Origin: Parcubacteria group bacterium M10-OD1-1
GTDB taxonomy: Bacteria; Patescibacteriota; Minisyncoccia; Moranbacterales; UBA2206
Assembly (NCBI GenBank): GCA_003056145.1
Contig: LSNL01000003.1
Location: 137,993 to 201,992 of the forward strand
DNA: 64,000 nt
Reading direction: 5' to 3'
Positions 27,915-37,030 of this stretch are shown here, in pieces (within the stretch, counting starts at the first letter, position 1; each line of letters starts with the position of its first letter). Below the pieces are notes generated by a model. It was not told the origin of the DNA. It ran no database searches and saw only the letters and a list, made by a program, of their open reading frames with translations. Both the position numbers and the translations under genes were made by a program.

Positions 27915-30900
27915 ATGTTTAAGGAAGTAGATTCAAGAAAAAAGTATTCAGAAATGGAGGAGGAAGTTTTAAAGTTTTGGGAAAATAATAAAATTTTTGA
28001 AAAATCAATAGAAAATCGTAAAAATGTTAAGCAATATAATTTTTATGATGGACCGCCTTTTGCTACTGGCTTACCACATTACGGACATATTGTCGGGACA
28101 GTTTTAAAAGATGTTATACCGAGATATTGGACAATGAAAGGACGAAGAGTTGAACGTCGTTGGGGTTGGGATTGTCATGGCTTACCAATTGAAAATATTG
28201 TAGAAAAAAAATTAGGCAGTAAAACTAAAAAAGAAATTGAAAAATTGGGTGTTGATAAATTTAATGAACTTTGCAGAAGCAAAGTCTTGGAATATGCCAG
28301 TGAATGGGAAAAAATTATCCCGCGACTTGGTCGTTGGGCGGATATGAAAAATGCTTATCGAACAATGGATTTGGATTATATGGAAAGTGTTTGGTGGGCT
28401 TTCAAACAACTATGGGAGAAGGATTTAATTTACAAAGATTATCGTTCAATGCATGTTTGTCCGCGTTGCGAAACCACTCTTTCACAATCAGAGGTTAGCG
28501 AGGGATATAAAGACGTGAAAGATTTAAGTGTAATAGCTAAATTTCATCTAAAGCCCAATCAAGAATGGTCAGGTGGAAAATATAAAACTAAAGATAGTGT
28601 TTATATTTTTGCTTGGACGACTACTCCATGGACTTTGCCAGGAAATGTAGCGTTAGCAGTGGGAGAAGATATTGATTATACGCTTATTGAAAAAGATAAC
28701 GAAAATTCCTGTAAAAAAGAAGGGTTTATTTTAGCTAAAAATAGATTGGGAGAAGTTTTTGGAGCAAATACAAATAAAAAAGTATTTTTACTTTCTGGCA
28801 AACATGCTTTTGCCTCTCGAGAATATTTTCCAAAACTAAAAAAAGATTTAGAGAAAGCTGGTTATGAAGTAACTATTATTGATCATATCAATCCATCAAG
28901 TCCTATTCTTAAAGATAATTTGGAAAATTTAAAAAAATATGATTTCAATAATGCTTATGTTATAACTCATTCTTTGGGTGCTAGCACAATTTTAAAATAT
29001 TTAAATGATTCTAGTATTCAATTATCGTCATTAACAATGATTGCCCCACCAAATCCTGGGATAAAATTTGTGTCAACAAATCCTCAATGGGTGAAAGAAT
29101 CTGGTTATCTTGATCTTACTATTGACTATAAAAAAATAGCTTCTCAAATTGCTAATCAGCCAGTAATTATCTATTCTGATGAAAATAGTATTTCTGAAAA
29201 CGATTTTAAACAGCTCGGTAAAAATTTGAATGCCCAATTAATCAAAGAAAATAACAAAGGACACTATTTTGAAATGGAAATAAATAATTATCCTGATTTT
29301 GATATTGTTAACAGTTTATCTAGCTATATAAATTACAAAATCATCAAAGAATTTAAAGGCTCTGATTTAATTGGTCTAGAATATGAGCCGTTGTGGAATT
29401 TATATGCCGACGATGAAAAGTTGGAAAATAGAGAAAATGGTTGGAAAATTTACGGAGCAGATTTTGTAACAACAGAAGAGGGCACTGGCGTTGTTCATAT
29501 TGCTCCAGCTTTTGGTGAAGACGATATGGAACTAGGAAAAGAAAAAAAACTTCCTTTTGTGCAACATGTGGGGATGGATGGTGTAGTCAATGACAGCGTG
29601 GAAGCTATTGGTGGTTTAAATGTGAAACCAATTGATAATCCGCAAGCTACGGATGTAGAAGTGATTAAATATTTAGCTAGTAAAGGTTTATTATTTCACA
29701 AGGAAAAATACGAGCATAGTTATCCACATTGTTGGCGTTGTGATACTCCATTGATAAATTATGCAACTAGCTCGTGGTTTGTAGCGGTAACAAAAATTAA
29801 AAAAGAATTATTAAAAAATGCTGAAGATATTAATTGGTCACCAGAACATATTAAAAAAGGTCGTTTTGGAAAATGGTTGGAGGGTGCGCGTGATTGGTCA
29901 ATTTCTCGTCAGCGTTTTTGGGCTAGCGTAATACCAGTTTGGGAATGCGACAAATGCGGCAAACGAAAGGTTTTTGGCTCTGTAGCAGAATTAGAAAAAG
30001 AAGTTAATCTTGGCAAATTTTATATTATGCGTCATGGTGAAGCAGAATCTAATGCGAAAAAAATATATGATACAAATATAAAGTCAGAAATACATTTAAC
30101 AACCAAGGGTAAAATGGATGTTAGTAAGGTAGCTAAAAAAATAAAGGATATAAATATTGATATAATAATATGTTCTGATTTTATGCGAACCGAAGAAACA
30201 GCTGAAATTGTAGGTAAGGAAATTGGTGTTAAAGTAATTAAAGATAAAAGGATAAGAGAGATAAGCGTGGGTGATTTAGATGGTCAACCATATGACATGG
30301 AAATAATTAAACGTAGAAATAATGGGGAAGATTTATCATATCCAAATGGTGAAAATTGGACAGATGTAAAAAAAAGAATTGATGATTTTTATCGTGATAT
30401 AAGTTTTAAGTATAGGGACAAAAAAATTCTAATTGTTTCTCATGGTGATGTTTTATTAAGCATAGAAGCTTCATTGGCTAGCGGAAATTTTTTGGAAAAT
30501 ATAAAAAAAATTATTAATAATAACGCCTATATTCAAAAGGCAGAATTAAGAGAGTTGAGGCATAAAGTTGTAGATATCCATAAGCATATTGTTGATAAAA
30601 TAACTTTTCCGTGCGAAAAATGTGCCAATTCAATAAGTTCAGAACAAACTGGCGTAATGAAAAGAATTCCAGATGTCTTAGATACTTGGTTTGATAGTGG
30701 TTCAATGCCTTATGCACAAAAACATTACCCATTTGAAAATAAAGAAGAATTTGAGAATATTTTTCCGGCGGATTTTATTGCTGAAGGAATAGATCAAACT
30801 AGAGCTTGGTTTTATTATCTGCACACTATTGCCGGTGGAATTTTTAATAAGCAAGCTTTTAAAAATGCGATTGTAAATGGAATAGTTTTAGCAGAAGATG

Positions 30901-32084
30901 GAAAAAAGATGAGTAAAAAATTACAAAATTATCCTGATCCAATGAAAATGGTGGAAAAATATGGAGCTGATCCGTTGCGTTTTTACCTTTTGCAATCGCC
31001 AATTGTTAGTGCTAATAACTTAAATTTTAGTGAAAAAGATTTGAGTGAAATTTCTCGGGGGACATTTAGGATGCTTTGGCAATCTTATAGTTTTTTTGTG
31101 ATGTATGCTAATATTGATAAATTTAAAATTCCAGGTTCAAAATTTGAAATTGGTAGTAATTTATTGGATAAATGGATTGTTTCTGAATTACAAATGTTAA
31201 TTAGGGGTATTAATGAACAGATGGAAAAATATCAAGTAATGCAAGCTACTAGACTATTTATTTCTTTTGTGGATAATCTTTCCAATTGGTATATCCGTCG
31301 TTCACGAAAAAGATTTTGGAAAAGTGAAAATGATAATGATAAAAATGAGGCGTATACAACTTTACACTATGTTTTAGCAGTGTTATCAAAATTAATGGCT
31401 CCGTTTGCACCGTTTGTAGCGGATGAAATCTATAGAAATTTAACTGGCAAAGAATCGGTGCATTTAGCTGATTTTCCGGTAGCGAATGAAAAATTAATCA
31501 ATGAAAAATTGAATACAGAGATGAAAAAAACACGGGAGATAATTAGCGAAGGGTTACAACTGCGGGCACAAGCTAAAATAAAAGTAAGACAACCGTTAGC
31601 ACGGTTATGTCTAAATTTCTCTTCAAATAATTATAAAATATCAGCTTGGTATAATGATAAAATCTGGGAAAAAATGGAGAATATTATGAAAGAAGAGTTA
31701 AATGTTAAAAAGATAGTTTTTAAAACGAGCGTAGGGAATAGCTTTAAAAACGAAGGAGATATTATTTGGAATAAAGATAAAATAGTTGGGTTGGATATTA
31801 AAATGACAGAAGAATTAGAAACAGAGGGACAAGCGCGAGAAATTATTCGTCATATTCAGCAAATGCGAAAAGAGGTTGACTATCAGCTTGACGATCGTAT
31901 AGAAATAGGCTATAGTGGAATGTCTGAAGTTTTTGAAAAATTTAACGATTTAATTACTAGAGAAACTTTGGCAATTAATACGGAACTTTTACAACAAAAT
32001 AAACTAAATCAAGAATTTGACTTGAAAAAGGAATTCAAGATTGATGAAAAAAAATTGATTTTAGCAATAAAAACTATAAATTAA
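27915..32084 (+). CDS. ileS: isoleucyl-tRNA synthetase (eukaryote-like type 2) with two inserted extra domains
   Basis: HIGH (PHYGHIV), WTTTPWTLPGN, editing motif GTGVVHIAPAFGEDD, KMSKK and DTWFDSGSMPYAQ are all present. About 170 aa after WTTTPW (nt 28776-29280) carry RBBP9/YdeN-type serine hydrolase motifs (HSLGA ... GHYF). About 170 aa (nt 30012-30494) carry a histidine-phosphatase RHG motif (IMRHGEAESN ... VSHGDV), inserted between CDKCG and CEKCAN. Total length is 1389 aa. Confidence 0.9.
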   Translation: MFKEVDSRKKYSEMEEEVLKFWENNKIFEKSIENRKNVKQYNFYDGPPFATGLPHYGHIVGTVLKDVIPRYWTMKGRRVERRWGWDCHGLPIENIVEKKLGSKTKKEIEKLGVDKFNELCRSKVLEYASEWEKIIPRLGRWADMKNAYRTMDLDYMESVWWAFKQLWEKDLIYKDYRSMHVCPRCETTLSQSEVSEGYKDVKDLSVIAKFHLKPNQEWSGGKYKTKDSVYIFAWTTTPWTLPGNVALAVGEDIDYTLIEKDNENSCKKEGFILAKNRLGEVFGANTNKKVFLLSGKHAFASREYFPKLKKDLEKAGYEVTIIDHINPSSPILKDNLENLKKYDFNNAYVITHSLGASTILKYLNDSSIQLSSLTMIAPPNPGIKFVSTNPQWVKESGYLDLTIDYKKIASQIANQPVIIYSDENSISENDFKQLGKNLNAQLIKENNKGHYFEMEINNYPDFDIVNSLSSYINYKIIKEFKGSDLIGLEYEPLWNLYADDEKLENRENGWKIYGADFVTTEEGTGVVHIAPAFGEDDMELGKEKKLPFVQHVGMDGVVNDSVEAIGGLNVKPIDNPQATDVEVIKYLASKGLLFHKEKYEHSYPHCWRCDTPLINYATSSWFVAVTKIKKELLKNAEDINWSPEHIKKGRFGKWLEGARDWSISRQRFWASVIPVWECDKCGKRKVFGSVAELEKEVNLGKFYIMRHGEAESNAKKIYDTNIKSEIHLTTKGKMDVSKVAKKIKDINIDIIICSDFMRTEETAEIVGKEIGVKVIKDKRIREISVGDLDGQPYDMEIIKRRNNGEDLSYPNGENWTDVKKRIDDFYRDISFKYRDKKILIVSHGDVLLSIEASLASGNFLENIKKIINNNAYIQKAELRELRHKVVDIHKHIVDKITFPCEKCANSISSEQTGVMKRIPDVLDTWFDSGSMPYAQKHYPFENKEEFENIFPADFIAEGIDQTRAWFYYLHTIAGGIFNKQAFKNAIVNGIVLAEDGKKMSKKLQNYPDPMKMVEKYGADPLRFYLLQSPIVSANNLNFSEKDLSEISRGTFRMLWQSYSFFVMYANIDKFKIPGSKFEIGSNLLDKWIVSELQMLIRGINEQMEKYQVMQATRLFISFVDNLSNWYIRRSRKRFWKSENDNDKNEAYTTLHYVLAVLSKLMAPFAPFVADEIYRNLTGKESVHLADFPVANEKLINEKLNTEMKKTREIISEGLQLRAQAKIKVRQPLARLCLNFSSNNYKISAWYNDKIWEKMENIMKEELNVKKIVFKTSVGNSFKNEGDIIWNKDKIVGLDIKMTEELETEGQAREIIRHIQQMRKEVDYQLDDRIEIGYSGMSEVFEKFNDLITRETLAINTELLQQNKLNQEFDLKKEFKIDEKKLILAIKTIN

Positions 32085-32168
32085 TCGCTATTACCGCAAA
32101 TATTTGTAAGAAGCTATAAGTATTTGTGGTAATAATGAAAAAGCGGAGATTATCCGCAAGGAGAAATT

Positions 32169-32300
32169 ATGAGCTTTTTTGATAAAACCCTTATTGTCTC
32201 AGCCATAGGAGTTTTTTTCCTCTTAATAAGGGAATTAAACAAAAATAAAAAAGAAACCGAAAAATTTAAGGAAAACTTAAAGAAGAGGGACTCAGACTGA
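32169..32300 (+). CDS. small membrane peptide (43 aa), hypothetical
   Basis: AAGGAG SD 5 nt upstream of the ATG; hydrophobic core (LIVSAIGVFFLLI) then a K/E-rich tail; not in the ORF track because it is shorter than 60 aa. Confidence 0.35.
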   Translation: MSFFDKTLIVSAIGVFFLLIRELNKNKKETEKFKENLKKRDSD

Positions 32301-32345
32301 GATTGAATCTAAATCTCTTATTTATCAAAAAGAAGGAGGAATTCC

Positions 32346-32540
32346 ATGGTATTTTTTCAAAAAAAATGGAAAACCTTTTGGAGAAAGGTTTTCTTAAAGA
32401 GAATCTATTGTGAGAGTTGCAAGGATTCAGTGACTGTTAAAACGCCGGTAGGTATTAGCAGTCAGCGGGGCGTCGTAATCGTAGAAATACGATGCTCCAT
32501 TTGCCGAAAAGTTCTAGCTAGAAAGAAGATACTATTCTAG
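32346..32540 (+). CDS. small zinc-ribbon-like protein (64 aa), hypothetical
   Basis: AAGGAGGA SD; two CxxC pairs (CESC ... CSIC); strong terminator immediately downstream. Confidence 0.4.
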   Translation: MVFFQKKWKTFWRKVFLKRIYCESCKDSVTVKTPVGISSQRGVVIVEIRCSICRKVLARKKILF

Positions 32541-32551
32541 CTGGGATGAAA

Positions 32552-32589
32552 AGGCTTAGACTGAAATTTTAGTCTAAGCCTTTTATTTA
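32552..32589 (+). terminator. rho-independent terminator
   Basis: AGGCTTAGACT-gaaatttt-AGTCTAAGCCT perfect 11-bp stem followed by TTTTATTT. Confidence 0.65.
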
Positions 32590-32737
32590 TGCTTAAAAAA
32601 TAAAATTGAGAGCTAATTCTATTTTTAAAGTTTATTTTGATAATCTAGTTATTTAAGTTATTTTAATTTAAAGTATGATATACTAATATAATAAGAAAAG
32701 GTTTGTCTAAGAGTTATTATTAGAAAAATTATAAATT

Positions 32738-33727
32738 ATGAAGAAATATAATATCGTAACTATTGGGGGAGGAACAGGTAGCTTTACTCTTCTCTCAGGG
32801 CTAAAGAAGTACCCAGTTAATATATCAGCGATTGTTTCAATGGCGGATGATGGTGGATCAACTGGCAGACTACGAGATGAATTAGGTGTTCTTCCTCCAG
32901 GAGATGTTCGTCAATGCTTAGTGGCCTTGAGTGAAGAATCAAAAACTTTGCGAGAATTAATGAGCTATCGTTTTGAGAATGGAGGTTTAGAAGGGCATAG
33001 CTTTGGTAATATCTTTTTATCGGCTTTAGAAAAAATGGAAAAAAGTTTTTCTGGTGGTGTTAAAGAAGCAGCCAAAATATTACGCATTAAGGGAGAAGTT
33101 ATTCCAGTTATTGATGGTAATGTGAGAATGCATATTAAATTAAATAATGATAAAATCATAGTTGGTGAAAACAATCTTGATAAAAATGAAGAGATAAGGA
33201 AAATTGGAATAAAAGAAATATTTCTTCAGCCCTCAGTTTTTGCTAACAAAGAAGCAATTAAAAAAATAAAAGAAGCTGATTTAGTTATTATTGGTCCAGG
33301 GGATTATTTTGGATCTATTGTGCCTAATTTTTTAGCACGTGGAATTCCTAAATCCTTAAGGGAAACTAAAGCCAAAATTATTTATGTTTGTAATTTAACT
33401 AATAAAAAAGGTCAGACTGATAATTTTAGTTTAGAAAAATATGTAGAAGAAATAAATAAACTTATTAAAAAAGAAAGAATAGATGCAGTTATTTTTAATA
33501 ATAAAAAAATTAACGCTAGCCTCATTAAGAGATACGAAAAAAGGGAAGGAAAAAACTCGGTAGTGAAAATTGAGAATAAGAAAGTTAAAAATTATAAAAT
33601 TTTACAAGTTGATTTAGTAAATGGAGCTAAAAAGGGCTTATTATGTAAAGAGCAATCTTTTATTCGTCACGATTCAGTTAAATTAGCTCGGGCTATAATG
33701 GAATTACAGAGCTTTCTCTGTAATTAA
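32738..33727 (+). CDS. YvcK/CofD-like gluconeogenesis factor family protein (UPF0052)
   Basis: N-terminal IVTIGGGTGSFTLLSGLK ... ADDGGSTGRLR motif. Confidence 0.8.
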   Translation: MKKYNIVTIGGGTGSFTLLSGLKKYPVNISAIVSMADDGGSTGRLRDELGVLPPGDVRQCLVALSEESKTLRELMSYRFENGGLEGHSFGNIFLSALEKMEKSFSGGVKEAAKILRIKGEVIPVIDGNVRMHIKLNNDKIIVGENNLDKNEEIRKIGIKEIFLQPSVFANKEAIKKIKEADLVIIGPGDYFGSIVPNFLARGIPKSLRETKAKIIYVCNLTNKKGQTDNFSLEKYVEEINKLIKKERIDAVIFNNKKINASLIKRYEKREGKNSVVKIENKKVKNYKILQVDLVNGAKKGLLCKEQSFIRHDSVKLARAIMELQSFLCN

Positions 33728-33754
33728 AAAAGTAATTAATTTTAATTTAAGCCT

Positions 33755-35590
33755 ATGTGTGGAATTGTTGGTTATATTGGGAAACGAAAAGCCGTTCCGA
33801 TTTTAATAGAAGGACTTAATCGCTTAGAATATCGTGGTTATGATAGTGCTGGTCTATCCGTTATAAATAAAGGAAAGATAAAATCTTTTAAATCAGTAGG
33901 GAGAGTAAGTGAGTTAGAAAAAAAAATTAAAGATAATCTTCTAGGACAAATAGGAATTGCTCATACTCGCTGGGCTACTCATGGTAAACCTTCGCAAAAA
34001 AATTGCCATCCTCATTATAGTTGTGAAAAGGACATCCATATTGTGCACAATGGAATAATTGAGAATTATGATGAATTAAAAAAACAACTTATCAAAAAAG
34101 GGCATCAATTTAAATCGGATACCGACAGTGAAGTAATTGCTCACTTAATAGAGGAATTTATTAAAAAGGCAACCTTAAAAACAGCCGTTGTTAAAGCCGT
34201 AAAGATGTTACAAGGAACTTATGGCGTGGCTGTAATAAGCAAAAAAGAACCGCATAAAATAATAGTAGCTAGGAACGGAAGTCCTTTAGTGATTGGAGTA
34301 GGAAAGGAAGAATTTATAATTGCTTCTGATGTGAGTGCTATTGTTCGTTACACAGACGAAGTTATTTATTTGAATGATGGAGAGATAGCAGAAATCAGTG
34401 AAGATAATTTAGAAATAACTAATTTAAAAAGAGAAATTGTCAATAACCCAATTAAAAAATTAGATTGGACAATTGAAAAATCACAAAAAGGTGGTTTTGA
34501 TCACTTCATGTTAAAGGAAATATTTGAACAACCAGAATCAATCAGAAATGCTTTAAGAGGGAGAACGGAAAAATTTATCTCAGAAGATTTTTTACCGACT
34601 TTAGGAGGGCTAGAATCGGTTACCAAAAAATTAAGAAAAATTAAGAAAATAATTATTATTTCTTGCGGTACTTCTTATTACGCTGGATTGATAGGGGAAT
34701 ATATGTTTGAGGAATATGCTGGTATTCCAACGGAAGTGGAATATGCCTCGGAATTTCGTTATCGGAAATCAGTTTTAGATGAAACAACGGCCGTTATTGC
34801 TATTTCTCAATCAGGAGAAACAGCGGATACACTAGCAGCAGTACGAGAGGCTAAAAATAAAGGAGCTTTGACTTTAGGAATAATCAATGTTGTTGGTTCT
34901 ACTATTGCTCGACAAACAGAGGCCGGTACTTATACTCTTTCTGGTCCTGAAATTGGAGTAGCTTCTACCAAAGCTTTTACTAGTCAACTTTCTACTTTAA
35001 TTCTTTGGACTTTAGTTTTGGGTCGACAAAGAAATATGTCATTTGCTATGAGTAAAAAAATTGCTCAAGAACTAAATAAAATACCTACTAAAGTAGAAAA
35101 GATACTTAAAAAATCTAGAGAGATTAAAAAAATTGTTAAAAAATATATTACGGTCAAAGATTTTTTATATTTAGGTCGAAAATATAATTTTCCTATTGCT
35201 TTAGAAGGAGCACTAAAAATTAAAGAAATATCTTATATTCACGCTGAAGGTTATCCGACTGGTGAAATGAAACATGGTCCGATTGCGTTAATTGATAAAG
35301 ATTTTCCTGCGCTCTTTATTGTGCCTCAAGATAGTATTTATGAAAAAAATCTAAGTGGGATGCAAGAAATTAAAGCACGAGGTGGAAAAATTATTGCTTT
35401 AGCCACAGAAGGAGATAAAAAAATTATTAATTTAGCAGATGATGTAATTTATATCCCGAAGACTTTGGAAATGTTAACTCCGCTAATTTCAGTTATCCCT
35501 CTACAATTGTTGGCTTATTATTTTGGAGTAATGAAAGGGCTAGATGTAGATAAACCGCGTAATTTAGCTAAAAGCGTGACTGTAGAATAA
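33755..35590 (+). CDS. glmS: glutamine--fructose-6-phosphate aminotransferase
   Basis: MCGIVGYIG Ntn-amidotransferase start; two SIS domains; C-terminal ...KSVTVE. Confidence 0.95.
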   Translation: MCGIVGYIGKRKAVPILIEGLNRLEYRGYDSAGLSVINKGKIKSFKSVGRVSELEKKIKDNLLGQIGIAHTRWATHGKPSQKNCHPHYSCEKDIHIVHNGIIENYDELKKQLIKKGHQFKSDTDSEVIAHLIEEFIKKATLKTAVVKAVKMLQGTYGVAVISKKEPHKIIVARNGSPLVIGVGKEEFIIASDVSAIVRYTDEVIYLNDGEIAEISEDNLEITNLKREIVNNPIKKLDWTIEKSQKGGFDHFMLKEIFEQPESIRNALRGRTEKFISEDFLPTLGGLESVTKKLRKIKKIIIISCGTSYYAGLIGEYMFEEYAGIPTEVEYASEFRYRKSVLDETTAVIAISQSGETADTLAAVREAKNKGALTLGIINVVGSTIARQTEAGTYTLSGPEIGVASTKAFTSQLSTLILWTLVLGRQRNMSFAMSKKIAQELNKIPTKVEKILKKSREIKKIVKKYITVKDFLYLGRKYNFPIALEGALKIKEISYIHAEGYPTGEMKHGPIALIDKDFPALFIVPQDSIYEKNLSGMQEIKARGGKIIALATEGDKKIINLADDVIYIPKTLEMLTPLISVIPLQLLAYYFGVMKGLDVDKPRNLAKSVTVE

Positions 35591-35593
35591 ACG

Positions 35594-35962
35594 ATGAATA
35601 TTAAAACTATTAAAAATGATAGAGATTATTTTTGGACTAATCATTCTAAATATAAATTATTGGAATATAATGTAAGTCCTAATATAGTTAAGTTGGTAAT
35701 TAAAAGTCCCGAGAGAATTGAGGAGGGTGTAGCTCCAGAAACAATTGCTGTAATGAAAAGAAAGGATACTAAAAAAACACAAAGAGAAATTTGGGTAATG
35801 TATCAAAAAAATAAAAAAAAGAAAGCTCAAAAAACTAAACACATTTCTATTTTATCAAGAATGAAAATTATTAGTGTTTGGATTTATCCTGGTACTAGTC
35901 CAAAAGGAAAAGAAATTTTTATTCCAGATGATGTTTGGGAAATTATCAATGAGAATAAGTAA
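35594..35962 (+). CDS. hypothetical protein (122 aa, basic)
   Basis: No recognisable catalytic motif; K-rich central region. Confidence 0.4.
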   Translation: MNIKTIKNDRDYFWTNHSKYKLLEYNVSPNIVKLVIKSPERIEEGVAPETIAVMKRKDTKKTQREIWVMYQKNKKKKAQKTKHISILSRMKIISVWIYPGTSPKGKEIFIPDDVWEIINENK

Positions 35963-35989
35963 GATTTAATTTTTTAATGTAGGTAATTA

Positions 35990-37030
35990 ATGGACATTGA
36001 AAAGCTAGAAAAGATTTTAGTAAATAATCAGCAACCAAAATTTCGCTTAGCTCAAATCAAAAAAGCTATTTTTCAAGAAGGTAAAACTTCCTTTTCAGAA
36101 ATTTCTAATATTCCCAAAGCTTTAAGAATAATTTTAGAAAAAGAAGTGGGAATATTATTATTTCAAGTGGTTAAAGTACTAGTTTCTATAGACGGACAAT
36201 CAATTAAAGCTCTTTTAAAAATGGAAGACGGAAAATTAGTAGAAACAGTTTTGCTTTCACCAAAACCTAGGATTTGGTCGGTTTGTCTTTCTAGTCAAAT
36301 TGGGTGTCCGATGGGATGCCAATTCTGTGCGACTGGAAAAATGGGCTTTGTTAGAGATTTAAAGGCAGAAGAAATTTTTGATCAAGTTTTATTTTGGCGT
36401 CAATATTTAGCTAAAAATAAAGTAAAAGGAAAATTAACCAATATTATTTATATGGGAATGGGCGAGCCATTTTTAAATTGGAAAAATGTTAAGCAGAGTT
36501 TGTTAGTCTTAATTAATAAAAAATATTTTGATTTTAGAACAAGGGCCATTTCTATTTCTACAGTTGGTTTTCCGACCGGAATAGAAAAAATTGCTAGTGA
36601 ATTTCCTCAAATAAATTTAGCTCTTTCTCTACATTTTACTCAAGATAAATTGCGAAACGAGTTGATGCCAATTAATCAAACTTTTAACTTAGCAAAATTA
36701 AAGGATAGCTTAGAAAAATATATTGAAAAATGTAACCGAAAAGTTTTCTTGGAGTATGTAATGTTTCAAGGTTTAAATGATAGCGAGAAAGACGCTCAAA
36801 ATTTAGTTAAGTATGTTCAAAGTTTTCAAAAAACTTATTTGATTCATATAAATTTAATAAGGTATAATGAAACATCAACTAAATTTAAGGCTACTTCTTA
36901 TGAGCAAATGCAAAAATTTAAAGACTATTTAATTCAAAATAGAATTAAGGTTACTATTAGGAAGAGTCTAGGAACAGATATTAAAGGCGCTTGTGGACAA
37001 TTAGCAGGAATTATAAATATTAAAAACTAA
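35990..37030 (+). CDS. rlmN: 23S rRNA/tRNA m2A methyltransferase RlmN (radical SAM)
   Basis: CLSSQIGCPMGCQFCATG radical-SAM motif and C-terminal GTDIKGACGQL. Confidence 0.9.
   Translation: MDIEKLEKILVNNQQPKFRLAQIKKAIFQEGKTSFSEISNIPKALRIILEKEVGILLFQVVKVLVSIDGQSIKALLKMEDGKLVETVLLSPKPRIWSVCLSSQIGCPMGCQFCATGKMGFVRDLKAEEIFDQVLFWRQYLAKNKVKGKLTNIIYMGMGEPFLNWKNVKQSLLVLINKKYFDFRTRAISISTVGFPTGIEKIASEFPQINLALSLHFTQDKLRNELMPINQTFNLAKLKDSLEKYIEKCNRKVFLEYVMFQGLNDSEKDAQNLVKYVQSFQKTYLIHINLIRYNETSTKFKATSYEQMQKFKDYLIQNRIKVTIRKSLGTDIKGACGQLAGIINIKN

Noticed and set aside
28212-28498. Antisense and alternative-frame ORFs of 64-65 aa inside ileS. The same situation applies to the small ORFs inside feoB (3076..3273), the DUF318 permease (3630..3821, 4107..4289), nusG, rplK, miaA, miaB, thrS, dnaE, topA and alaS.
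   Set aside because: They are fully embedded in long, motif-rich genes on the other strand or frame. They have low-complexity translations and no SD, which is typical six-frame noise in AT-rich DNA.
27915-32084. Inteins as an explanation for the extra 350 aa in IleS
   Set aside because: Neither inserted block has intein splicing termini (N-terminal Cys/Ser/Thr at the junction; C-terminal His-Asn followed by Cys/Ser/Thr) or the Hint-domain blocks. Both carry hydrolase or phosphatase catalytic motifs instead.
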